From assembly GCA_015231175.1 (NCBI GenBank), contig JADGBZ010000003.1:26463-90462 (forward strand): a DNA stretch of 64,000 nucleotides, given 5' to 3'. The notes under the pieces are model-generated. The model saw only the letters and a program-made list of their open reading frames with translations, ran no database searches and had not been told where the DNA came from. The stretch is from Magnetococcales bacterium (lineage in GTDB: Bacteria; Pseudomonadota; Magnetococcia; Magnetococcales; DC0425bin3). Within the stretch, counting starts at the first letter, position 1; each line of letters begins with the position of its first letter. A program made the position numbers and the translations under genes. Positions 53,510 to 62,612 of this stretch are shown here, in pieces.

Positions 53510-54559
53510 TCACAAAACAGCATTAAACACATACCCGACAATCAGAATTCCAGCCGCGACAGTAACTATAAAAGTGGCGATCAGTGGGAGTTTGAGCACC
53601 TTGCGCAGAATAATCATCTCTGGCAACGACAGCGCAATCACGCTCATCATAAAAGCGAGCACGGTGCCCATTGCCGCCCCCTTGCCAATCAGGGCCTCGA
53701 CAATGGGAATAATGCCAGCGGCGTTGGTGTACATCGGTACGCCAATCAATACGGCAACCGGCACCGACCACCAAGGCGCATCTTTGCCCATGATCGATAC
53801 CAGGAAATCCTCTGGTACATAGCCGTGAATACCTGCACCAACAGCGATGCCAACAAGAATATAGGGCCAAACCTTACCGACAATTTCCTTGACATGGGCA
53901 ACTCCGGCAGCAAAGCGTTCGGCCCAAGCAGGTTGGAGTGCTTCGAATTCGGCGGGTTGCGTGGACTGCATCGCCCGCACCCAATCTTCCAGGTAACGTT
54001 CCATGCCAAGCATGCCGATGATCAACCCTGCGACAATGGCAACCAAAAGGCCCAAGCCCAGATACAGGCCCGCAACCTTCCAGCCGAACAGGCCAAACAG
54101 CAGAGCCAGAGCCACTTCATTGACCATCGGGGCCGAAATCAGGAAGGAGAACGTCACCCCGAGAGGAACGCCAGCCGAGAGGAAACCAATAAACAGGGGA
54201 ACAGCGGAGCAGGAGCAGAATGGTGTCACGATGCCAAGACTGGCGGCCAGCACGTTGCCGACACCAAGATGGCGGCCTGAAAGCAGGACACGAGTGCGTT
54301 CCGGGGCAACAAAGGTGTGTACCACCCCCATGAGGAAAACGATGCCGGTGAGAAGCAGCAGCACCTTCGGCGCGTCGTAGCAGAAAAAGTGAACAGCTTC
54401 GCCAAGGTGGGTTTCACGTTGCAAACCGAATGCGACAACGACAGCATCGGCAAGAGGGATCAGAGCGTTGTATCCCACGATCCAGACAATGCATCCCGCC
54501 ATCACCCATACCCAAGGAGTGCGGCGCACTGTTGAAAGGTCTTTGGTTCGTGTTGTCAC
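53510..54559 (-). CDS. permease (DUF318/ArsP-like family)
   Basis: 349 aa, polytopic. Contains TPFCSCSAVPLF, the Cys-containing motif typical of this family. Confidence 0.75.
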   Translation of the reverse strand: MTTRTKDLSTVRRTPWVWVMAGCIVWIVGYNALIPLADAVVVAFGLQRETHLGEAVHFFCYDAPKVLLLLTGIVFLMGVVHTFVAPERTRVLLSGRHLGVGNVLAASLGIVTPFCSCSAVPLFIGFLSAGVPLGVTFSFLISAPMVNEVALALLFGLFGWKVAGLYLGLGLLVAIVAGLIIGMLGMERYLEDWVRAMQSTQPAEFEALQPAWAERFAAGVAHVKEIVGKVWPYILVGIAVGAGIHGYVPEDFLVSIMGKDAPWWSVPVAVLIGVPMYTNAAGIIPIVEALIGKGAAMGTVLAFMMSVIALSLPEMIILRKVLKLPLIATFIVTVAAGILIVGYVFNAVL

Positions 54560-54674
54560 TGTTCAGCACCCTTCCTGGATCTGACTGCATAACGCAAAAA
54601 CCGGCTCCGCCACATGGACGGAACCGGCTTGCTGAACCATGGCCCTGACAAACGGCAACGCGATGGCGGTTTGA

Positions 54675-55889
54675 CTATTTATGTAAAATCTTCGGCACTT
54701 TCGGGGCCTGGAGGCGGGCCTGGTCGGGCATGGTGGTGCCGATCAAGGGCCGCAGATAATGGACGAAAGCCTCCGTGACATCGTTGCCGGCGGCGTTGAT
54801 ATGGTTATCAGGCATGACGCGGGTCAAGGCGGCAATCTTGGAAAGATCGGTCAGTTGATACTCGACTGCGTAGTCGCCAACACGCTTGATGGCGATCGAA
54901 CCGCTCAAACCTTTGCCGATACCGACCTTGGCCGCCTTCTGGGCCACTTCGCGGGCTTCCCGTTGATCCACGTCGGAGACGACACCCAGGAAGGAGCGCT
55001 GCAAGTAGCCGAAGGTATCGCCACGCACCCGCTTGATACCCAGTTTGTCTTTGACCTGATCGCAAAGAAGATCGGCCAAGGCGCCGGTGCCGGAGAGCTG
55101 CACGTTGCCGTGGGCATCTTTTTCAACCTTTTGCATCAGACGGGTGACAATGGGGGTGCCCTCCTTGTCATGAATTCCCTCGGATGCCGCCACGACGCAA
55201 CGGCCATGCTTGTCATAGGCCGTCTTGACATCGATCAGGAACTTCTCCATGTCGAAAACCCGCTCCGGAAGATAGATCAGGTGCGGACCATCGTCAGGAT
55301 AGATGCGGCCCAGGGCAGCGGCAGCGGTCAGGAATCCGGCATGCCGCCCCATCACCACACCCACATAAACACCGGGAAGCGCCCGATTGTCCAGGTTGAC
55401 GCCCGCAAAGGCGCTGGCCACGAACCGGGCCGCAGATGGAAATCCGGGGGTGTGGTCGTTTTCCATCAGGTCGTTGTCCACGGTCTTGGGAACGTGGACC
55501 GCCACCATCTCGTAATTCGACTCTTTGGCAAACTCTCCGACGATGCGGCAGGTATCGGAAGAGTCATTGCCGCCGATATAGAAGAAGTAGCGAATGTTGT
55601 GGGCCTTCAAAACGTCGAAGATTTTTTGGCAATAAGCCCTGTCCGGCTTGTCCCGTGTCGAACCCAGAGCGGAGGAAGGGGTGGCCGCCACCCGTTCCAG
55701 GTTTTCAATGGTCTCCTGGGTCAAATCCAGGAAATTCTCTTTGACGATACCGGAAACGCCGTTCAGAGCGCCGTAGATACCCTCGACATGCGGATAGTTG
55801 CGGGCCTCCAGAACGACACCCACCAGCGATTGGTTGATCACCGCCGTTGGTCCGCCACCCTGTGCCACCAGAACGTTACCCCGTTGCAT
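54675..55889 (-). CDS. pfp: 6-phosphofructokinase, probably pyrophosphate-dependent
   Basis: 404 aa. AQGGGPTAVIN. IGGNDS (Asp where ATP-PFKs have Gly in GGDGS). PKTVDND (Lys where ATP-PFKs have Gly in PGTIDND). Confidence 0.8.
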   Translation of the reverse strand: MQRGNVLVAQGGGPTAVINQSLVGVVLEARNYPHVEGIYGALNGVSGIVKENFLDLTQETIENLERVAATPSSALGSTRDKPDRAYCQKIFDVLKAHNIRYFFYIGGNDSSDTCRIVGEFAKESNYEMVAVHVPKTVDNDLMENDHTPGFPSAARFVASAFAGVNLDNRALPGVYVGVVMGRHAGFLTAAAALGRIYPDDGPHLIYLPERVFDMEKFLIDVKTAYDKHGRCVVAASEGIHDKEGTPIVTRLMQKVEKDAHGNVQLSGTGALADLLCDQVKDKLGIKRVRGDTFGYLQRSFLGVVSDVDQREAREVAQKAAKVGIGKGLSGSIAIKRVGDYAVEYQLTDLSKIAALTRVMPDNHINAAGNDVTEAFVHYLRPLIGTTMPDQARLQAPKVPKILHK

Positions 55890-55975
55890 TCTATTCTCCT
55901 CGTTGTGCTAGCGTGGAACACACATGAAAAAAACACAGAACCCATGGTGGATTTTTCACCATACCGACAACTTCT

Positions 55976-58900
55976 TCAACCGATGTCGATGCATCCATTC
56001 CCCTCCTCCGCAAAAATTTTTCGAAACAGGGCCATGCTCCCATCGGCAAGATAATCTTCCCAGAGCCGCTCCTGGCATGCCACAAGCTGAGTCGAGGTCA
56101 AATGCAGCTCCTGGGCAACTTCCTGCAACTGCTCGGCGCAGGATCCGGCGCCCTGGACAAGCCGGGTTGCATCCAGACGCACCCCGAGGCCGAGCAGATT
56201 CAGAGCGCCCTTGGCAAGGCCCTGCCTGCGGGCCAACCACCCCAACTGGCAAAGCGTAGCCGCCTCCCCTTGACGATCAGCGATCTGCCCCCGCAACTGG
56301 AGCGCCTCCCGCAAATGATCCATGGCGCTCTCCAACAAATCTTCAAGCAAATCCATGACTCCCAACTGGTGCTGAACACGCGCCAGCATGGCGTTCTGGC
56401 CCAGATGCCGCAACAAGGGGAGCGCCATGGTAAAATATTGTCGGGATTCGGAAAAGCGCTCCAGAGTATACAAGAGATGTCCCGCCACAGGCAAGGTGGA
56501 TGCCAAATCCACCATGTGCCCCATCTCCTGGTAAAGGACGATGGCCCGCGCAAAGTGAACCACCGCCTGTTCCGGGCGTTCCCTCTGCATCTCCAGCATG
56601 CCCCACAGGGCGTGTGAGGTGGACTCCCCCTCATGGTCCTGCACTGTTGTCTGCACAGCCAACGCCGCCCGCAATTTTGGTACGGCAGCGGTGAAATCGT
56701 GCCGGGCCATATCCACTTCCGCCAACCGGGAGAGGGTTCTGGCCGCTCCCATGCGGTCGCCGGCCTTTTCTTGCAGGGTCAAGGCGTGCTGGAGATAGGT
56801 CGTGGCTTTTTCCGGGGCGCCCTGGCGCACATGCAAGGCCGCCACCCGGGCGGCCATACTCGCCTCCCCATCCAGATCCCCGGCGCCCTGCAACAACTCC
56901 ATGGCTGCCTGAAAACCCTCCCTGGCTGCATCGAGCCGTCCCTTGGCCAGATGGATCTCCGCCTCCCCCTGCCAGGCCACGGCCTGTTCGACGGGATAAC
57001 GATCTCCCGCCGCCTCCCGGCTGCGTTGAAACCACTCCTGGGCCTGTTCCAGTTCGCCGCGTCCAAGGCACGATTGAGCGATCCAATAGCAGGGGGAGGG
57101 GTGGGATCCCCACGCCAGGAACTGCCGGTTGATCCGTTCAAGCTCGGCAAAGAGTCCTTGTATCTCAAGGCCATGACTTATTTTTCCCGAGAGCGCCGCA
57201 GCCATTTCAATGTCGTCGGCCTGCATCCAGTGGTAACGGGCCTCCATGAGGATATCCACCCAGGTCAGACCAAACAGATCTTCATGGTTATCCTCAAAAA
57301 TCTGTATCAGGTAGGCGCCGATACGCCGGTGGGCCTGGCGGGCCGGACCCACGGGAAGATAACCCGAACCTGCCAACCAGGAGCCGATCTCCGCAGGCAC
57401 CTTCCAGAGGGTTTCCCCCGTGGTACCACTCCAGGTGGCAAGAAAACCGGTTTCCCGCCAATCCGCCAATGTTTCGGCCTGGGTTCCCGTGAGTTCCACC
57501 ATCCCTGCGGTGGGAAGGGCCAGATTGGGCAGTGCTGCCATCGCCAACTGCACACGTTCGGCAGCCGGCCAATGGGCAAAGCAGGCCACCAGGGGGTCAC
57601 CCTGCGGGGCCTGGGCAAGCTGTTCGGGATGCATCGACAGGAGTGGACGCATCCAGGCCGGATGACCATGGGCCAGTTGGCAGACGTTGCCAAGTTCGGC
57701 CCATGTTGACGGCCCGGGTGGAAGGCGGGAAAAAATGGATCGTTCACACAAACCAATCCCCGCAAGAAGGTCCGGGGTAAGGTGATCCAAAACCACCAAC
57801 CGAACCCAGGATGGCCACGGCTCGACCTTCTGCGGCGCGGTTGGTCCCGTGACCAGAATGCGCGTCTTCCCCGGTCCACTCTGCAAAAAATGGGAAAAAA
57901 ACCAGGCCAGGTCGGCATCGCCGCCATCTCGTGTATCGGTCGTTGGCCATGGGTCCAGGTTGTCCAAAAGCAGGAGAATTCCCCAACGCCGGGTCAGCAC
58001 ATCCACCAGGGTGACCAGACGATCCCGAAGGGTTATGGAACCATCCTTGAGGTGATCGCTTTCCACCTTGCGTCCCAGGCGTTTCAGGACAGGAATGACG
58101 CATTGCACCAGACGAGCCGCCGTGATCGGGTTGGCCGGGGTTCCACTCACCACCAGATGGGGAAGTTTCTGCAACGCCGCCTCCCGGACCCAACGCAACG
58201 CCAGGGTGCTCTTCCCACAAGCGTTCGGACCGGAGATATGGACCAAACCGGCTCCACCCTCCCGCAAAGCGGTTGGCAGGTCCAGCGTTCCAAGCCGGCG
58301 CCCGTGAAACAGTCCCGTCACCCCTGCATGCATGCCCGGCAAGGGAGTGCAGGTGATCTCACCCGGTAGCGGATGGACCTGGGTGGAAATGGCCGCCACG
58401 TTGAACAAATACCCTTGTTGGGATCCCCCATACAGCATGGGGAGCGTCCAGGTTGGCGGGTGCTGTTCACCCCTCTCCAGACGACACAATTGACGAGCCC
58501 TGTTCAGGGATCTCTCAATAGGGGATCCCTCTGCCACACTTTGGAAAAAATTCTGCAAAAATATTTGGTCCACCGCAGGCCAGGCAACAGCCAGGGGAAG
58601 ACCGGAGCGCACCACCTCCGCACAAATGGCTCCCGTGGCTGCCAAAGGCGGTGCCGAACCGGCGTGACAACCACACAACAATAAACATTGAACACCCGAA
58701 GCATGAAACAGCTCCTGGTACATTTCATGACCGGAATATATATCAGAACATCCGCGATCATCTTCAAAACATAAATAACCTTCATTATGATGTATACGCA
58801 CAAGACTACACAAAAAAACCATTTGTGGTTGCAAACGGCGCATGCGCTCGCGTAGTTCGGTGATTCTGCCAGTGGTTGCCATTTCAAACACCACCTGGCC

Positions 58901-59515
58901 ACCGATCGCAACCATGGCTGCCAAAAATGCGGTGGTCACAAGAGTGGCTGGCAGGGCAGAACTCTCTTCGGCATCGGACGGCATGGCAAGGACAAACAGC
59001 ACCCGCAATGGGCGCGGTGGCAGAACAGAACAACAATGTTGGATGGACGCGGCATCAAAGTGCGGCATCCGGCGCAACCCCAGCCCGGGGTCGATACCCA
59101 AAACTCTCCCGTCCGGCAGGCGGGTGACCTCCCAGGGCATATTCAACACCTCTGGAATGGAAGAGATGATGCTCAACCGTAACGGCAGGCCTGGCAGGAA
59201 ATGACCCTGAGCAGACTCCCAGAAAGGTGCCAAACCAAGATCGAACAACTCCAGACCGACGCCCACCAACCCCTCCTCTGCCAGATCCCGGGGCGCTGGA
59301 TGGATGAGCGTCCGGCGAAAACCTTCAACAAGCACATGAACATGGCGCCAACGTTGCTGCTCCACCAACACAGACAGACCCAGAGGTTGGTGGTTGACTT
59401 GCATCTGGCAATCCCATGTCAGAACATCGCCAGGCCGGCGCTGCACATGCAGAAGCAGGATATTTTCCGGCAAAAGGGAGGTTTTTGAAGATCCTTGCAG
59501 AAACTCTGGGCACAC
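55976..59515 (-). CDS. CHAT (caspase-like) - P-loop NTPase - TPR protein (STAND-type architecture)
   Basis: 1179 aa. CHAT-like His (VRIHHNEG) and Cys (LLLCGCHAGS). Walker A GPNACGKST, Walker B-like ILLLLDNLD. The C-terminal ~450 aa consist of TPR-like repeats. Confidence 0.7.
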   Translation of the reverse strand: MCPEFLQGSSKTSLLPENILLLHVQRRPGDVLTWDCQMQVNHQPLGLSVLVEQQRWRHVHVLVEGFRRTLIHPAPRDLAEEGLVGVGLELFDLGLAPFWESAQGHFLPGLPLRLSIISSIPEVLNMPWEVTRLPDGRVLGIDPGLGLRRMPHFDAASIQHCCSVLPPRPLRVLFVLAMPSDAEESSALPATLVTTAFLAAMVAIGGQVVFEMATTGRITELRERMRRLQPQMVFLCSLVRIHHNEGYLCFEDDRGCSDIYSGHEMYQELFHASGVQCLLLCGCHAGSAPPLAATGAICAEVVRSGLPLAVAWPAVDQIFLQNFFQSVAEGSPIERSLNRARQLCRLERGEQHPPTWTLPMLYGGSQQGYLFNVAAISTQVHPLPGEITCTPLPGMHAGVTGLFHGRRLGTLDLPTALREGGAGLVHISGPNACGKSTLALRWVREAALQKLPHLVVSGTPANPITAARLVQCVIPVLKRLGRKVESDHLKDGSITLRDRLVTLVDVLTRRWGILLLLDNLDPWPTTDTRDGGDADLAWFFSHFLQSGPGKTRILVTGPTAPQKVEPWPSWVRLVVLDHLTPDLLAGIGLCERSIFSRLPPGPSTWAELGNVCQLAHGHPAWMRPLLSMHPEQLAQAPQGDPLVACFAHWPAAERVQLAMAALPNLALPTAGMVELTGTQAETLADWRETGFLATWSGTTGETLWKVPAEIGSWLAGSGYLPVGPARQAHRRIGAYLIQIFEDNHEDLFGLTWVDILMEARYHWMQADDIEMAAALSGKISHGLEIQGLFAELERINRQFLAWGSHPSPCYWIAQSCLGRGELEQAQEWFQRSREAAGDRYPVEQAVAWQGEAEIHLAKGRLDAAREGFQAAMELLQGAGDLDGEASMAARVAALHVRQGAPEKATTYLQHALTLQEKAGDRMGAARTLSRLAEVDMARHDFTAAVPKLRAALAVQTTVQDHEGESTSHALWGMLEMQRERPEQAVVHFARAIVLYQEMGHMVDLASTLPVAGHLLYTLERFSESRQYFTMALPLLRHLGQNAMLARVQHQLGVMDLLEDLLESAMDHLREALQLRGQIADRQGEAATLCQLGWLARRQGLAKGALNLLGLGVRLDATRLVQGAGSCAEQLQEVAQELHLTSTQLVACQERLWEDYLADGSMALFRKIFAEEGNGCIDIG

Positions 59516-59540
59516 AGATCAGCTCCTGACGACGAGCAGA

Positions 59541-59656
59541 GATCCAGGACTCTGGCTCCCTGGCAGATCCAGGACGGAGTCCCGGTGGGTTCGGGGCGAA
59601 GCCCTGATCAAGGCTTTCATATCCAGACTTTTCTTGCAAGGGTGGTGAATGGTGAC
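59541..59656 (+). repeat. repeat family, copy lacking the left terminal repeat
   Basis: GATCCAGGACTCTGGCTCCCTGGCAGATCCAGGACGGAGTCCCGGTGGGTTCGGGGCGAAGCCCTGATCAAGGC...GGGTGGTGAATGGTGAC. Confidence 0.8.
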
Positions 59657-59668
59657 GTTCGATGGTTA

Positions 59669-59815
59669 GTAACTATTCACCACCCGGCCACGAATCGGGG
59701 TCCAGGGGGCTGGCTCCCTGGCGGGTCCAGGGCAGAGCCCTGGTGGGGTTCGGGGCGAAGCCCTGACAAAGGCTTTCCCGTCCAGGCTTTTCTTGCAAGG
59801 GTGGTGAATAGTTAC
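59669..59815 (+). repeat. repeat family, intact 147-bp copy with perfect 17-bp terminal inverted repeats
   Basis: GTAACTATTCACCACCC (59669-59685) is the exact reverse complement of GGGTGGTGAATAGTTAC (59799-59815). Same length and architecture as the copy at 24352-24498. Confidence 0.9.
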
Positions 59816-59820
59816 GATGG

Positions 59821-60156
59821 TTACATGGACTGCTGGGCTCTTTTCAACATTTTTTTGAGTTCGCCTTTGGAATCGACCCCCGCTTCAACGAGAATTTTCT
59901 CGCCTTTGGCAAACACCAGGATCGTCGGGATGGCTGTCACGCCATATTCATAGGTCAGATCCGGATGTTGATGCACATCGACAGCCATGACCTGAATCTT
60001 TTCACGATGGGCGCTGGCGAACCAGGGGAGGTGCTGACGCAGCTTTTCACATACAAAACAACTCTTGCTTGAGAAAACAACAAAAACCAATTTATGATGC
60101 GGAGCATCATGAAGGATCCTGCGCAAGGATTCGCCCGAAGAGCGTTTTACAACCAT
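59821..60156 (-). CDS. thioredoxin-like protein with atypical CFVC active site
   Basis: 111 aa. VFVVFSSKSCFVCEKL...GVTAIPTILVF is a thioredoxin-fold pattern. Confidence 0.7.
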   Translation of the reverse strand: MVVKRSSGESLRRILHDAPHHKLVFVVFSSKSCFVCEKLRQHLPWFASAHREKIQVMAVDVHQHPDLTYEYGVTAIPTILVFAKGEKILVEAGVDSKGELKKMLKRAQQSM

Positions 60157-60632
60157 TTTCTCACCTCTGGATCCGGCGAGGAGCGGATCAAACGCATGAC
60201 AATATTCCTGAATATATCAGGTGGTGTTTGACGGTTGGTCAACATGGCCAATAATTTTGCCATGGTCTCGTTGCGCCTCTCCGGTTCTTCGTAAGGGTGT
60301 TCGTTGAGCAGGCGGGAAATCGTCTCCAGATAGGCCACCATGCCACCCTTGAGTCCCTGGACAACGAATTTTCTTGAAAATTTTTTCAGAATATATCGAC
60401 TGCCATCACCCTTGCTGCAATAGATCAGCAGGGGGCGGCGTAAAAGCTGCGCCTCAAAACGTTTCTCGAATTCGGAGATTCGATCTTCCAGATCCAACAG
60501 GTAGATCCTTTTGGATCGGGGGATGGCCGGATCATAATCGGTGCTGCCACGCACATCCAACAAAATAGGCAGAAGAGGCTTGGCCAAAAATTTTTCCACG
60601 GGTAATTCGGCAACATCTTTTCCAAAAATCAT
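60147..60632 (-). CDS. rhodanese-like domain protein
   Basis: ILLDVRGSTDY...RPLLIYCSKGDGSR (active-site Cys loop). 10-nt overlap with the downstream thioredoxin-like gene. Confidence 0.6.
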   Translation of the reverse strand: MIFGKDVAELPVEKFLAKPLLPILLDVRGSTDYDPAIPRSKRIYLLDLEDRISEFEKRFEAQLLRRPLLIYCSKGDGSRYILKKFSRKFVVQGLKGGMVAYLETISRLLNEHPYEEPERRNETMAKLLAMLTNRQTPPDIFRNIVMRLIRSSPDPEVRKWL

Positions 60633-60681
60633 GTTCTGTCCAAAAAAACGATTGAAAATGTCAAATCTTTTCTTGAATCAA

Positions 60682-62190
60682 TCACCCAATCTTGAAGAAA
60701 TTGACTGCCTCATTCAACTTTTCGGAGTAACTCACCAATTCATCGGCGGTTCCGGACATCTCCTCGGCAGCACCGGCATTTTGTTGGATGACGGTGTCCA
60801 ACTCCTGCAATGAAGAATTGACCCTGTCCACTTCGGTGTGTTGCTCTCTGCTGGCAGCAGAAATTTCCTGGATCAGGTTGGCGGTTTTTTGAATATCCGG
60901 GACGAGTTTGGCCATGATGCCCCCGGCCTGCTCCGACACCAGAACCGTTTCGGCGGAGAGAGAGCGGATTTCACCGGCGGCGTTTTGGCTGCGTTCAGCC
61001 AGTTTGCGCACTTCGCTGGCCACAACGGCAAACCCTTTGCCATGCTCACCGGCGCGTGCAGCCTCGATGGCCGCGTTGAGAGCCAATAGGTTGGTCTGCC
61101 GGGCAATGTCCTCGACGATGGATATTTTCCCGGCAATTTCCTTCATGGCGGTAACAGCCTTCGCCACGGCGGTACCGCCGGCATCGGCATCCTTGGCGGC
61201 CTGCAGGGCAATCTTTTCTGTTTGCTGGGAGTTGTCCATATTTTGCTGAATATTTCCAACAATCTGTTTCATGGACGAGGTGGTCTGTTCGATGGCCGCC
61301 GCCTGCTGTACGGCCCCCTGCGATACTGCCTGGCTGGCAGAGGAGAGCTCCTGACTGCCAGAGGTGACATGAACAGCCGCATCCCGAACCTGGAGCACCA
61401 CTCCCCGTATCGTACCTGACATGGATGAAAGGGAGCGGAACAGTTCACCAATCTCGTCACGCCGCGTCATGGCGCAGCGAACCCCCAGATCCCCCTCTGC
61501 CAAACGTACAAACATATGTTTGCACTCTTGCAGGGGAGAGGAAATATTTTTTGCCAACATGTGGGAGGAGACAAACAGAAGAGCGGCAACAGAGAGCAAC
61601 ACACCGACAAAAACCCACAAACGTTCCATAAAGATGGCTTCGACATCATCCAGGTAGATACCGGAGCCCACAATCCAACCCCAGGGTGCAAATCCTCTGA
61701 CATAGGAAACCTTGGGGACCGGCTGATTGAAACCAGGCTTGGGCCACCGATAGTTGACAAAACCCTCCCCTTTCTGCCTGACCACTTCCGCCATGGCAAC
61801 GAACAGCTTCTTCCCGTCCGGATCGGCATGACTGCTCAGATCCTTGCCATCCAGTTCCGGCTTAAGGGCATGCATGACCATTTTTGGGTACATATCATTG
61901 ATCCAAAAATAATTTTCCCCCTCGTAACGCAAACCTTTCACCATGCGAATTGCCGCGTCCTGGGCTTGTTGACGGGTCAACTGACCTGTTTTCTCCTGGC
62001 TCTCGAAGATGGCCAGGATGCCGAACACGGATTCGACAACGCTCTTGGTCTTCAGCTCCCGGTCTTCCAACAGCGCGTTCTTAAGGGTCTGAGCCGAAAA
62101 TCCCCCCAAAGCGCACATGCCCAAAACGGCCAGCACTATGATCAAGCGGATTTTGGTTTCAACCGACAGATTCTCAAGAAACGTACTCAT
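60682..62190 (-). CDS. methyl-accepting chemotaxis protein with single-Cache periplasmic sensor
   Basis: Start [24 protein letters not shown]. Cache-like [25 protein letters not shown]...[13 protein letters not shown]. Conserved signalling hairpin [39 protein letters not shown]. Confidence 0.9.
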   Translation of the reverse strand: MSTFLENLSVETKIRLIIVLAVLGMCALGGFSAQTLKNALLEDRELKTKSVVESVFGILAIFESQEKTGQLTRQQAQDAAIRMVKGLRYEGENYFWINDMYPKMVMHALKPELDGKDLSSHADPDGKKLFVAMAEVVRQKGEGFVNYRWPKPGFNQPVPKVSYVRGFAPWGWIVGSGIYLDDVEAIFMERLWVFVGVLLSVAALLFVSSHMLAKNISSPLQECKHMFVRLAEGDLGVRCAMTRRDEIGELFRSLSSMSGTIRGVVLQVRDAAVHVTSGSQELSSASQAVSQGAVQQAAAIEQTTSSMKQIVGNIQQNMDNSQQTEKIALQAAKDADAGGTAVAKAVTAMKEIAGKISIVEDIARQTNLLALNAAIEAARAGEHGKGFAVVASEVRKLAERSQNAAGEIRSLSAETVLVSEQAGGIMAKLVPDIQKTANLIQEISAASREQHTEVDRVNSSLQELDTVIQQNAGAAEEMSGTADELVSYSEKLNEAVNFFKIG

Positions 62191-62381
62191 TTTATTATCC
62201 TTTTTTATGACGGATCCCTGCAACCAGCCCCCCCACAATAAAGAGAACCTGCCACGTATGTCAGGCGGCAACATGGTCGGAATGGGGAGAGCAGACCGAA
62301 CGACCCGCAATCATAGTTCCACGGAGAGCTGTGTCAAGAGTTGATACGGTCAAGCAAACGTCCCATGAGTCGCTTCATTGC

Positions 62382-62494
62382 AAGGAGCGTCTGACTTCAG
62401 GCCGTGTCATCATAAATCACTGGCAACCATGTCAAGATAAGGAGTGTCTGACTTCGGGCGTGTCATCATAAATCGCTGGCAACCATGTCAAGAT
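62382..62494. repeat. tandem direct repeat (57 + 56 bp) in the MCP / cas3 divergent intergenic region
   Basis: AAGGAGCGTCTGACTTCAGGCCGTGTCATCATAAATCACTGGCAACCATGTCAAGAT, immediately followed by AAGGAGTGTCTGACTTCGGGCGTGTCATCATAAATCGCTGGCAACCATGTCAAGAT. Confidence 0.9.
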
Positions 62495-62612
62495 AAGTTG
62501 TTCATACCGACTGATTTTTGTTGATCTATTGTGGGGTTTTGGATAGACTGGTCTTTTTTGATATCAGTTATCTGGAATATTCTGGCTCGGAAAAATTCGG
62601 GAGATTTTGACC

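Noticed and set aside
54759-56054. 431-aa plus-strand ORF
   Set aside because: Antisense to the phosphofructokinase gene.
55976-59515. CHAT-TPR protein as a type III-E CRISPR Craspase (Csx29/TPR-CHAT) component
   Set aside because: The domain order is the opposite (CHAT at the N-terminus, TPR at the C-terminus). A P-loop NTPase is inserted and the protein is much larger. No Cas7-11-like gene is adjacent. The nearby cas gene is a type I cas3.
62382-62494. Tandem repeat as a CRISPR array
   Set aside because: There are only two units. They are contiguous with no unique spacers, and the unit length (57 bp) falls outside the usual repeat size.
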